A stretch of DNA of 64,000 bases, from positions 5,963 to 69,962 of the forward strand of contig JAJTED010000007.1 in assembly GCA_021300535.1 (NCBI GenBank). Reading direction: 5' to 3'. Position 1 is the stretch's first letter; the number at the start of each line of letters is the position of its first letter. The translations under genes were made by a program, and so were the position numbers. Positions 33,841-42,342 of this stretch are shown piece after piece. The notes beneath the pieces are model-generated. The model did not search any database and was not told the DNA's origin. It worked only from the letters and a program-made list of their open reading frames with translations. The stretch comes from Planctomycetaceae bacterium. Lineage in GTDB: Bacteria > Planctomycetota > Planctomycetia > Pirellulales > UBA1268.

Positions 33841-35814
33841 TCAACGGCCGCCGGGCCGCTTGGCTGGTGGCCCGCCGATGACGCGGATGTCCTTGTCGAG
33901 CGGCAGGCCGGTCTGGGGCCGCTCGCGGAGGATCGCGAGCGCCTGGGGCGATACGGTCCGCAGGGACGACATCGACAGATAGCCGGGTGCGCGGACGACC
34001 ACCCGGGCGATCGCGGCGGAATCGGGGCCCGACAGGTCGGTGATCCCGGGGAACTGGGCGCTGAAGCTCGGGCAGTCGGCCAGCGCGCGGGCCGTTTCCA
34101 CGGACAGCGACTTCAGCCCGGGCATGACGAGCTCCACCCCCACGTGTCGGCCGAGCCAGGCTGCCGCTTCCGGCGTGAGCGACTCGACCGCCAGCAGTCG
34201 CAGACTGCCCCGCTGCCGCCACAGCCCGCGGGCGACGTCCTCGGGAATGTGGCGGAGACCGAGTTCCAGGGTCTCGGTATGCCGACGGAACGCCGCCGCC
34301 GCGTCCGCGTCGAGCGCCACCAGGCCGCGCAGCTGGATCGTGCCGCGTCGGGACGCCAAGGCCTGCGCCACGCCGGTGGTGAGATGGCCGATCCGCGGCA
34401 GCCATCCATCCCACATCTCGACGGCCGCCAGTCCCTGGGCGGCTTCCGGCGAAAGCCGCGCGATCCCGTGGAGCTGGATTTGGGGGCCGGTCTTCCGTCC
34501 CAACGCGTCGGCCGTCTCGGGCCCGATCGATTCCAAGCCGCTCAGGCGCAGCAGCGCATGCGAGCCCATGTACACACCACCGCCACGCGGCGCGTCGGTG
34601 CCGCGACGCAGGCCGTCCTCCGGTTCGAGCAGGGCGGTGGCGGCTACGGCATCGAGCCGGCGAAGATTCGGCAGGTCGAGCCCCTCCTGTTCCCGCCCGA
34701 GTGCCCGGGCGACTTCAGGATCCAGGCGTTCCAAGCCGGAAAGCACGAGGCGGGACGGTCCCTCGGCGAGCAGCCGCGCCTCCTCGGGCGTGACCGCGGT
34801 CACGCCGAGTTCGAGTTCCCCCGGAAAGGCGACCAGTTCCCGCGCGGTCTCCGCCGAGATCTCCGTGATCCCGGCCAGCGCCAGTGACGTGTGGACGCCC
34901 GCCCAGTGCCGGGCCACTTCAGGTGGAAACGACTGCAGTCCGCCGAAGCTGAACATGGTGGCGAACTGGCCTTTGGGCTCGGGCCGCATCAGCAGGGCCG
35001 CCACGTCCGGCGTCAGGGTCGCGACGCCGTCGAGCCAGATGGCACCGGCCGTGCCGGCGTGGATCGCCTGCGCCATGTCGGGCGTGAGCTGCTGGAGGCC
35101 CGAAAGGTCGACGGTCCCCTTGAAGGTGGCCAGCGACCGCAGGGCCGCGACCGAGATTTCGCCGAGGCCCGTGAGCCGGAGAATGCCGCCCTGCGGGTGG
35201 CCGCGGCCCCGGATCGCCGCTGCCACGTTCTCCGGCAGGCTGGTCAGACCGGGGAGCGACACGTCGCGAACCCCGGCCAGGGCCGAGGCGGCTGCCGGTT
35301 CCAGGGCGGTGATCGCGGGAAGCCGCAGGCGGCCGTTGAAACTGCCCAGGCCGCGGGCCGCCTCGGGGGACAGCCGCTCGACGGCGGGCAGATGGAGAAA
35401 ATCCGACCAGTTGTTGGCGACACGCTGCCACTCGGGGGCGCGGGTTTCCGCCAAAAAATCCATGACCCTCAACAGCAGCAGTCCTTGATGCGACGCCCGC
35501 CGCGGTGCGTGGGACAGTTCCTGCCAGAAGCGGTCGATCTGTTCCGGTGTCATCCCGGCGGCCTTGAAGGCGGCTTCGAACTGGGCGTCGCTCGATCCGG
35601 CGAGCGGCGGCTTCGCGGCCTGCTGACTCCGGATCGTGGCCGCGTCCTTGGCGGTGAGCTCAGTGATCGTGAGGAGATCGACCGGCGGCACGGGATTCGC
35701 CGCTCGGGCCAGACCGCACAAGACCGTCATGCCGAGCCAGGCCCCGCAGGCCAGCCAGGGCACGACGGTCGCGGGGCGACGGGCACCCGGCGCAGGCCGC
35801 GGCTGCGGTCTCAT
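33841..35814 (-). CDS. Secreted LRR-like repeat protein
   Basis: 657 aa. N-terminal hydrophobic segment 'VVPWLACGAWLGMTVLCGLARA'. About 20 tandem ~24-25-aa repeats of the form L-x-L-x-G-L-x-x-[LI]-[ST]-P-[ED]-x-A-x-x-L, e.g. 'LDLSGLQQLTPDMAQAI', 'LVLSGLERLDPEVARAL', 'LRLSGLESIGPETADAL'. ATGA overlap with the upstream gene. Confidence 0.8.
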   Translation of the reverse strand: MRPQPRPAPGARRPATVVPWLACGAWLGMTVLCGLARAANPVPPVDLLTITELTAKDAATIRSQQAAKPPLAGSSDAQFEAAFKAAGMTPEQIDRFWQELSHAPRRASHQGLLLLRVMDFLAETRAPEWQRVANNWSDFLHLPAVERLSPEAARGLGSFNGRLRLPAITALEPAAASALAGVRDVSLPGLTSLPENVAAAIRGRGHPQGGILRLTGLGEISVAALRSLATFKGTVDLSGLQQLTPDMAQAIHAGTAGAIWLDGVATLTPDVAALLMRPEPKGQFATMFSFGGLQSFPPEVARHWAGVHTSLALAGITEISAETARELVAFPGELELGVTAVTPEEARLLAEGPSRLVLSGLERLDPEVARALGREQEGLDLPNLRRLDAVAATALLEPEDGLRRGTDAPRGGGVYMGSHALLRLSGLESIGPETADALGRKTGPQIQLHGIARLSPEAAQGLAAVEMWDGWLPRIGHLTTGVAQALASRRGTIQLRGLVALDADAAAAFRRHTETLELGLRHIPEDVARGLWRQRGSLRLLAVESLTPEAAAWLGRHVGVELVMPGLKSLSVETARALADCPSFSAQFPGITDLSGPDSAAIARVVVRAPGYLSMSSLRTVSPQALAILRERPQTGLPLDKDIRVIGGPPAKRPGGR

Positions 35815-38800
35815 TGTCCACCTCCGGCCGGTGTGGCCGATTGCTTGGTGATCATCGCTTCACATGCCGCCCGGGCGCGGCCGGCCGCCGCGGCCAGCGC
35901 GGTGTTCGGCGACCGGGCCAGTTCGGCGAGACGCTCCCCCATCCACGTGATCGAGGCGGCCGCATCGATCGCGGCGTCTGGCGGCGGCTCCAGACGCCGG
36001 GCGAGCATCCGCGCGGCGCGGCGCACGTCGCCGCGACCGGCGGCTCGGGCCGCCGCGTCGAGGATCGCGGGCAGGGGCTCGTCGCCGTAGGGATCGAGTT
36101 CCGCCACGGCCGCGAGCGCGACGAAATCGACCTCGTCGTCGAGCATTCGCACGAGCACGGGCAGCGCGGCGGGCACCACCAGCGCCTGCCTGCCGATCTC
36201 CGCCACGGCGGCCGCCCGCTTCAGGGGATCGGCGCTGTGGGTGTCGACCTCGGGATACTCGACGAGATACGTGTAGGTGGTGCCGAATCGGGAGAGCTGA
36301 CCGCGGGCCGCCGCCGCGACCTGCGGCGGGCCGTCCGCAGCCAGACGGTGCAGCACCTTGGCATCGACCATCCGCAGTGCGTCGAGCCGGCGCAGGACGT
36401 CGATGGCCGCGAGCTGCTCGGTCGGGCGGGAGTTGTCGAGCAGAATCCGCGCGAACGCCTCGTCTCCGTGGCAGCGGAACTGGGGCCGGTTGTCCGAGAC
36501 GAGTCGATCGATCGCGGCCCGTCGTTCCTGGTAGGCCTTCAGGCCAGCCAGCCGCGCAGGCGGCGTATCGGCTCCCAGCGCCGCGACGGCGGCCCGCAGT
36601 TTCGCGTCGCCGCGCATGGCGGCCTCGGCGTCCGCCGGCGTCCGCGGCGGAGTGGCCGCGCCGCGGCGCCGGATCCGGTGCACGGCGTTTTCGTGGAGAT
36701 TGAAGGTGACGAGCGTGTCTCCGAGCCGCTCGATGTTCGTCCACCGCAGGGAGTCGGGCTGTGGCAGATACCAGACGCCGTCGGTGTCGAGGAGCCGGCC
36801 GGGGCCCGCGAACAGATGGCCGTCGAGCACCGCCATGCCCGCCAACACCTCGGGGACGAAGGTCTGTTCCTCGGTGACGAACCCCAGCAGCGGGACGTGT
36901 CCGCAGTCGTCGAGGTCGATCTCGTAGGGCACGCGTGAATACAGCGACCAGTTGGCGACCGCCTTGCGGCCGCCGTCCCAGAACAGACCGCGGATGCTGC
37001 CCATGAGCACCCGCCGCCAGCCACCGTCCCGGAGACTGTGGCACCACAGGCCGCTGCGTGACCGGTCGCCGCCGACGGTCAGCCAGAGCCGATGCCGCAC
37101 CGGATCGGCCAGCATGCCGGTGATCTCGTAGGGCTCGCCGCCATCGAGCTGATGACGCGGCACAACGGCGGCAGTGGAGGCGAACGTCGCGGCGCCGGTG
37201 TCCGGGGCGTAGGTCGCCAGGCCGCGCGGCACGGCCATGTACAGGCGGCCGTCGAGCCAGGCCATCCGTCCGATGCTGTTCGAAGGCAGACCGTCTTGTT
37301 CGCCGACCGCCGTCAGGCCGCGGCCATCGACGACGAACAGGCCGTGCCCGAAGGTGCCGATGAATGCCCGGCCGTCACCGGCGGCCAGCCCGGTGACCGC
37401 CTCCGTCGGCAGGTCGAAGGCCGCCACCTCGGCGAGCAGCCCGCCGCCGGGGCCGCAGCGGGTCAACAGGTGGGGCCAGGCCAGAGCCGCGCCGGGGCCG
37501 CCCCCCTTCGGTGCCGCCGCGGCCCAGAGTAACAGGATCGAGCTGCCCTGGTCGGCCGCCTGGCGATCGACCGCCGCGGCGACGAGCCGCGGTTGGCCGG
37601 GCGGGGCGTTGGTGAACGTCACCGGCTCGATCACGTAATCTGCCCAGGGGCCGACCGGTGGCGGCGGGGGCGGGGCGACCTCGCCCTTGCCGGCCTGCGG
37701 ATCGAAGCGGTTGCCGATGATCCGCCGGTAGCGGGCGATCTGCGACCGCGTCTCGCCGGAATACGCCCGTGCCTTCAGCAACGCCTCGACGCGCCGGTGC
37801 AGGCCGCCGGCCTGGCCCTCGGTCATGACCACCGCATGGGCGAACAGCTCGGGGCTGCGCATCAGGAGACCGCCGTCACCGCTTTGCTCCGCCGTGGCGA
37901 CGAGCGCTTCCGCGTATGCCGTCGCCCGCCCCTCGAAGGCGAGTCGCTGGAGCGCCACGGCGGCGATCTGCGCGACGGTCTTGTAGGCGGCCATCTCGAA
38001 GAATGTCCATGGCGGATCGGCCTTCCGGAAATAGATGTCGAGGATGCGTTCCGCCGCCGTCAGGCTCCGGGCGCCGGGCTGGTTCAGCAGGCACGACAGG
38101 CCGACGATTTGCAGCGCCGGATCGGAGCCGCCGACGAGGCCATCGACGAGCGGCGTGATCTCGTCCAAGGGCGGACGAGCGGGGCGATCCATGACCGCCA
38201 TGAAGAGCGCGGTGTGATACTGATTGGCGAAGGCCTCGCGGGCGATGACGACCCCGGCGTCCTTTTGCCACACCGTGAAGCTGGGGCCGTTCGGCAGTCG
38301 ATCGGCCAGCGCCTCCGTCGCCAGTTCCCGCTGCAGGCCGGTGATGTACCGCATGAACTCGGCGGCGGTCGGACGCGGCGCTCCCGGGACGAGACGGTCG
38401 ACGAGCGCGAGCTGCCGCACGAGGACGAATCCCGTCGTGGGCCGCTCGGCGGCGCGGCGAAACGCGAGGACGCGATCCGCGGTCGCCCGCTCCACGGCAC
38501 GGATGCGGTCGCGGATCTCCGCCTCCTCTGCCGACGCGGGGGCCGGCGTCGGCGACCAGATGCTGTGCAGCAGTTCGACGGGAAACAGCGCCTCCCAGGC
38601 CAGGGATTCGGTCGTCCGCTCGTAGAAGTCGCCGATCAACTCCGCCTGTCGCAGCCGCGCCTGCGCCACGTCCACGGGCCGCGCATCGGCCGGCAGGGCC
38701 GCCTGGCTGAACGCGTTCGCCAGGTCGAACGTTTCCCGGCAGGGATGGAGAACGTAGGCCGCTTCGGCCAGCCGGGACGCCTGCGGCCCGTCGCCGATCC

Positions 38801-39725
38801 GGTCGAGCCGCCGTGCCCGTTCGAGGAGCAGTTTCGCCTCCGCGGTCGGGCTGGCGGTCTCGGGCTCGACCGCGCCGGCCAACATGTCGGCCAACGCCGC
38901 CGCGATCGCATCGCGGGCCGCGCCGGTCTTGGCGGGCGTGCTGACGGTCCGCTCCCGCCGCTTCCCGTCCTTGAGCGGCAGCAGGGCCAGTGCGATCACG
39001 AACGTGTCCCCCTCGCGCCGCAGGCTACCCTCGAGCAGCAAGGCCGACGCCCGGAGATCGAGCTCGGTGCCGGTCAGGTCGCGCTCGGTGGTGAGTCGGC
39101 GGAGCTGTTCCCGCTCGAGGACGACGACGTCGGGAAGCCGCTGCAGATCCTGCGCGGCGAACACCGACAGCGCCCGGGCGGTGGCCACGGTGGAGCCCGT
39201 CTCCTCCTCGCTCCGCAGGCCGACGATTCCGACCAGCCGGCGGCTCTCCGCGGCCGCGCGGAGTTTTCGCAGGCCCGTGCGCAGGTCCGCCAGCAGCACT
39301 GCCCGGTCGGCGAGCAGGTCGGCGGCCGCCCATTCGCCGTCCGCGAGCCGAATGCCGGTGCGGGTCTCCACCACCCGCACCCGCACCCGCGGCGGCGTCT
39401 CCGCGGAGCCCGCGTCGAGCATCACGATGGCGTCGGCCGCGAGCAGCTGGCCGAGTTTCATGCCCGCCGCGGCGTCGCCGGCAGCGGCCAACTTCAGTTC
39501 ATCGACCACACGGGCGACGGCCTGCCGCTCCACGAGCCGCACGCCCGCGTCGCTCGACAGGTCGGTCGTGAGCAGATCGGCGAGCGGGGCCCGCGTCGCC
39601 GCGGTGGGTACGATGGCCACCGTCGGGGGGGGAGGCTCCGCGGCCGCTGCACGGGAAACCCATGCCAGGCCGCAGGCCGCGATCGAGGCCAGGCAAGCCG
39701 CACGGTAAACGGAAACGATGTGCAT
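35811..39725 (-). CDS. Giant secreted multidomain protein: tandem CsgG/LpoB-like modules, helical region, Reg_prop-like beta-propeller, HEAT-like repeats
   Basis: 1304 aa with signal peptide 'ACLASIAACGLAWVSRAAAA'. Module 1 reads 'VAIVPTAATRAPLADLLTTDLSSDAGVRLVERQAVARVVDELKL'. Module 2 reads 'VGIVGLRS...VVVLEREQLRRLTTERDL'. A propeller-type motif 'DGLPSNSIGRMAWLDGRLYMA' is encoded at 37237-37295. The C-terminus is HEAT-like: 'ALPVLVRMLDDEVDFVALAAVAELDPYGDEPLPAILDAA'. Confidence 0.85.
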   Translation of the reverse strand: MHIVSVYRAACLASIAACGLAWVSRAAAAEPPPPTVAIVPTAATRAPLADLLTTDLSSDAGVRLVERQAVARVVDELKLAAAGDAAAGMKLGQLLAADAIVMLDAGSAETPPRVRVRVVETRTGIRLADGEWAAADLLADRAVLLADLRTGLRKLRAAAESRRLVGIVGLRSEEETGSTVATARALSVFAAQDLQRLPDVVVLEREQLRRLTTERDLTGTELDLRASALLLEGSLRREGDTFVIALALLPLKDGKRRERTVSTPAKTGAARDAIAAALADMLAGAVEPETASPTAEAKLLLERARRLDRIGDGPQASRLAEAAYVLHPCRETFDLANAFSQAALPADARPVDVAQARLRQAELIGDFYERTTESLAWEALFPVELLHSIWSPTPAPASAEEAEIRDRIRAVERATADRVLAFRRAAERPTTGFVLVRQLALVDRLVPGAPRPTAAEFMRYITGLQRELATEALADRLPNGPSFTVWQKDAGVVIAREAFANQYHTALFMAVMDRPARPPLDEITPLVDGLVGGSDPALQIVGLSCLLNQPGARSLTAAERILDIYFRKADPPWTFFEMAAYKTVAQIAAVALQRLAFEGRATAYAEALVATAEQSGDGGLLMRSPELFAHAVVMTEGQAGGLHRRVEALLKARAYSGETRSQIARYRRIIGNRFDPQAGKGEVAPPPPPPVGPWADYVIEPVTFTNAPPGQPRLVAAAVDRQAADQGSSILLLWAAAAPKGGGPGAALAWPHLLTRCGPGGGLLAEVAAFDLPTEAVTGLAAGDGRAFIGTFGHGLFVVDGRGLTAVGEQDGLPSNSIGRMAWLDGRLYMAVPRGLATYAPDTGAATFASTAAVVPRHQLDGGEPYEITGMLADPVRHRLWLTVGGDRSRSGLWCHSLRDGGWRRVLMGSIRGLFWDGGRKAVANWSLYSRVPYEIDLDDCGHVPLLGFVTEEQTFVPEVLAGMAVLDGHLFAGPGRLLDTDGVWYLPQPDSLRWTNIERLGDTLVTFNLHENAVHRIRRRGAATPPRTPADAEAAMRGDAKLRAAVAALGADTPPARLAGLKAYQERRAAIDRLVSDNRPQFRCHGDEAFARILLDNSRPTEQLAAIDVLRRLDALRMVDAKVLHRLAADGPPQVAAAARGQLSRFGTTYTYLVEYPEVDTHSADPLKRAAAVAEIGRQALVVPAALPVLVRMLDDEVDFVALAAVAELDPYGDEPLPAILDAAARAAGRGDVRRAARMLARRLEPPPDAAIDAAASITWMGERLAELARSPNTALAAAAGRARAACEAMITKQSATPAGGGQ

Positions 39726-39848
39726 GGTGACGGAAGGCGGGGGAACGCCGAAGGGCCGACACCTTCGTAAGACCGGCGACCTGTGCCGATCTTGGCCCCG
39801 GCTCCGTGACGGGTCAGACTAGCCGGGCTGGTCGGGGCACCGCAACCC

Positions 39849-40478
39849 GTGGATCGCGAACCGGTGGGACCCAAGATGCGGCCGTCCGGCCCGTCTCATG
39901 GATTGACACGGAGCGGTATCGGTTTGGAAACGTCCGACGAGCAACTCGTGGCCGCCTGGCGGCAGGCCGGCGACCGCGGGGCGCTCGATGAGCTCGCCGT
40001 CCGGCACCTGACCACGGTCCGCCGCATGATCCATTCGATGATCCTCAACGATGCGGCCGCGGACGATCTGGCGCAGGACGTGCTCCTCCGCGCCTTTCGC
40101 AGCCTCGACGACTTTCAGGGCCGGTCCAAGTTCACGACCTGGCTGTACCGGATCGCCATGAACACGGTCCACGACGCGCTCGACCGCAGGCGACGTTCGC
40201 CCATCGACGATCGGGCCGAACTGCCCCGGGACGCGGCCGTGCGGGACGCGGGCGTCGGGGCGGAAGTCGAGCGGGACGAGTTCGACGGGGCCGTGGGCCG
40301 GGCGCTGCAGGCCCTCCCGCCGAAACTCCGCGCCGCCATCGTGCTCGTGGCGATCGAGGAACTCGACCCGGCCGCAGCCGCGCGGATCGAGGGCTGCACG
40401 CGGGCCACCATCTACTGGCGGCTGCACGAAGCCCGCAAGCGGCTCGCCCACGCCCTGCGGGAGCAGGTGAAACCATGA
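39849..40478 (+). CDS. RNA polymerase ECF-type sigma-70 factor
   Basis: Region 2: 'DDLAQDVLLRAFRSLDDFQGRSKFTTWLYRIAMNTVHDALDRRRR'. Region 4: 'LPPKLRAAIVLVAIEELDPAAAARIEGCTRATIYWRLHEARKRL'. The true start may be the Met at 39876. Confidence 0.92.
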   Translation: MDREPVGPKMRPSGPSHGLTRSGIGLETSDEQLVAAWRQAGDRGALDELAVRHLTTVRRMIHSMILNDAAADDLAQDVLLRAFRSLDDFQGRSKFTTWLYRIAMNTVHDALDRRRRSPIDDRAELPRDAAVRDAGVGAEVERDEFDGAVGRALQALPPKLRAAIVLVAIEELDPAAAARIEGCTRATIYWRLHEARKRLAHALREQVKP

Positions 40479-41263
40479 CGCCCGACCCGCGACAGCCGTC
40501 GCGATCCGGCCCCGACATCGACGTCCGCCTTCGCGAGTGGCGCCGCCGCCGGGACGTGGCGGCGGATGCAGCCGGCCGCGTCAGGCGCATCGCAGCGGCG
40601 GTCCGCGCCGCCGACGTGGCTGCGATCCGTCCGGCCATCGCTCCGCCCGTCCGCTGGGTTGAGCGGACCGGCTGGTTCGCTGCGGGCCTCGCGGCGGCCG
40701 CCATGGTGGCATGCGTGGCGTGGCGAAATGGAGCCAGCGACGAGACGGCGAACTGGCCGCCGAGCGTGCGGTTCGCCGCCGCCGACATCGCCGCCCGTGC
40801 CGAGGTCTTGGCCGGCATGGAGCAGACGTTCGCGGGGCGGCTCGCGTGGGTTGCGGAGCACGATCAGACGGTGACCGTGGGGCTGGCGGACGGCTCGGCC
40901 GCGGCCACGTCGGTCGCCGTGCGAATCGTCGTGCTCACCCGGCGTGGCCCGGCCGCGCGGTGGGAGCCGGCGTGGCAGACGGACGTCGTTGTCCGCGACG
41001 AGCAGGTCGTGGACGTCGCCGCCGGCGCCCACGGCGACGGGCGGCTCAAACTGTGGGCCCATTGCCTGCCCGACGGGGCGATCGCGGTGGACGGTGAGTT
41101 GACGCTCGCGATGCATGCGGTGCCGCTGCGGGCTTCCTACGGCGGCGTCCAGAAGGCGGGCCTCCCGCGCCGGGTGACCGGCGACGGCGCGGCGGACGTC
41201 GAGTGGCAGGTGATCCAGACGGTGGTGCCACTTCGTCCTGCGACCGGGAAGGAGGTCGGATGA
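40475..41263 (+). CDS. Putative anti-sigma factor (single-pass membrane protein)
   Basis: 262 aa. ATGA overlap with the sigma factor stop. Arg-rich cytoplasmic N-terminus, one TM helix 'WFAAGLAAAAMVACVAW', and a ~175-aa extracytoplasmic domain. No zinc-binding HxxxCxxC motif. The call rests on position and topology only. Confidence 0.6.
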   Translation: MTPDPRQPSRSGPDIDVRLREWRRRRDVAADAAGRVRRIAAAVRAADVAAIRPAIAPPVRWVERTGWFAAGLAAAAMVACVAWRNGASDETANWPPSVRFAAADIAARAEVLAGMEQTFAGRLAWVAEHDQTVTVGLADGSAAATSVAVRIVVLTRRGPAARWEPAWQTDVVVRDEQVVDVAAGAHGDGRLKLWAHCLPDGAIAVDGELTLAMHAVPLRASYGGVQKAGLPRRVTGDGAADVEWQVIQTVVPLRPATGKEVG

Positions 41264-42342
41264 CACTCCGGGGTGCAGTTCTCCGCGGCGTCGCTGCGGC
41301 GAGCCTTGCGATCGTCGTGGCCGACGTCGCAGCCGGTGACGATGCCCTCGTGGTGGCGCCGTCCGATGCCCGCACCAACTACTTCGCCGGCCGCGCGGCG
41401 GACTGTGGCACCGTCATCCGGGGGGGCGCCGCCGTCGAGGGCAGCCTTGCATGGGTGCTGGCGGTCGGGGGCCGCTCCCTGGCGAACGGCGCCGTGGCTG
41501 TGCGGCATCCCGGCCGTGGCGCCACGAACGCCATGGTCACGGTGCCCTTTCCCGCCGGTCGCGAGGGCGTGGTGGCGGAGGCCACGTTGACGACGGTTCT
41601 GGCCGACGCCGCCGGCAACCGGCTCGGCACGGCGACGCGGCCGGTGCGGATTTTTCCGGCCGATCCGTTTTTCGACCGCCGGCGCTGGCTCGAAGGGCTG
41701 CGGATCGCGGTCGTCGATCCGGACGGCGGTACCGAGAAGCTGCTCACCGCCGCGGGAGTGCCGCTGCTGTTCGCGCGGGCCGACGCCGACATCGCCGCGC
41801 TGCGGCCGCAGGTGGTGATCGTCGGCGAGGGGTTGGCGTGGGCCGAGCATCCGCGGCTGGCAGCGGATCTCGTCGGCCTCTGCGGCCGGGGCACGAACGT
41901 GCTTTGTCTCGCCCCCGCAACCGGAGCGTTCCCGCTGCCGGACCCTGCCGACACGATCGGCGACGGCGTCGCCGACCGGCTCGCGCTGCGCCAGGCCGAC
42001 GTCGTCGGCGACCTCGACGGGCGGCTCGATTGGCGGGATTGGTCGGCGCGCGGCTCCACCGTGGTCAGCCGCCTGGCGATCGTCGCCGACCGCGAGGCGG
42101 TGGTGGCGCGGGCCGGCGGCACGCCCCGCGGCTGGCCGTGGCTCGAGGCGCGGTTTGCCGACCGCGAGTCAGGCCGGCCGGCGGGCACGTTCGTCGTCTG
42201 CGGCCTCGGCATCGTCGCCCACTGGGAGGAGACGCCGGCAGCCCGCTACCTTTTCGCGGCGCTCCTCGCCCGCCTCACGCCCCCGGCCGCCGACGCCGGC
42301 CCGTCACCAGATCCCCGTTCCCATCAGGAGAGCCCCCGATGA
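41260..42342 (+). CDS. Hypothetical secreted protein
   Basis: 360 aa. GGAGG (41251-41255) lies upstream of ATG 41260, which overlaps the previous stop (ATGA). Signal-like N-terminus 'LRGVAAASLAIVVADVAAG'. No motif recognised. Confidence 0.7.
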   Translation: MTLRGAVLRGVAAASLAIVVADVAAGDDALVVAPSDARTNYFAGRAADCGTVIRGGAAVEGSLAWVLAVGGRSLANGAVAVRHPGRGATNAMVTVPFPAGREGVVAEATLTTVLADAAGNRLGTATRPVRIFPADPFFDRRRWLEGLRIAVVDPDGGTEKLLTAAGVPLLFARADADIAALRPQVVIVGEGLAWAEHPRLAADLVGLCGRGTNVLCLAPATGAFPLPDPADTIGDGVADRLALRQADVVGDLDGRLDWRDWSARGSTVVSRLAIVADREAVVARAGGTPRGWPWLEARFADRESGRPAGTFVVCGLGIVAHWEETPAARYLFAALLARLTPPAADAGPSPDPRSHQESPR

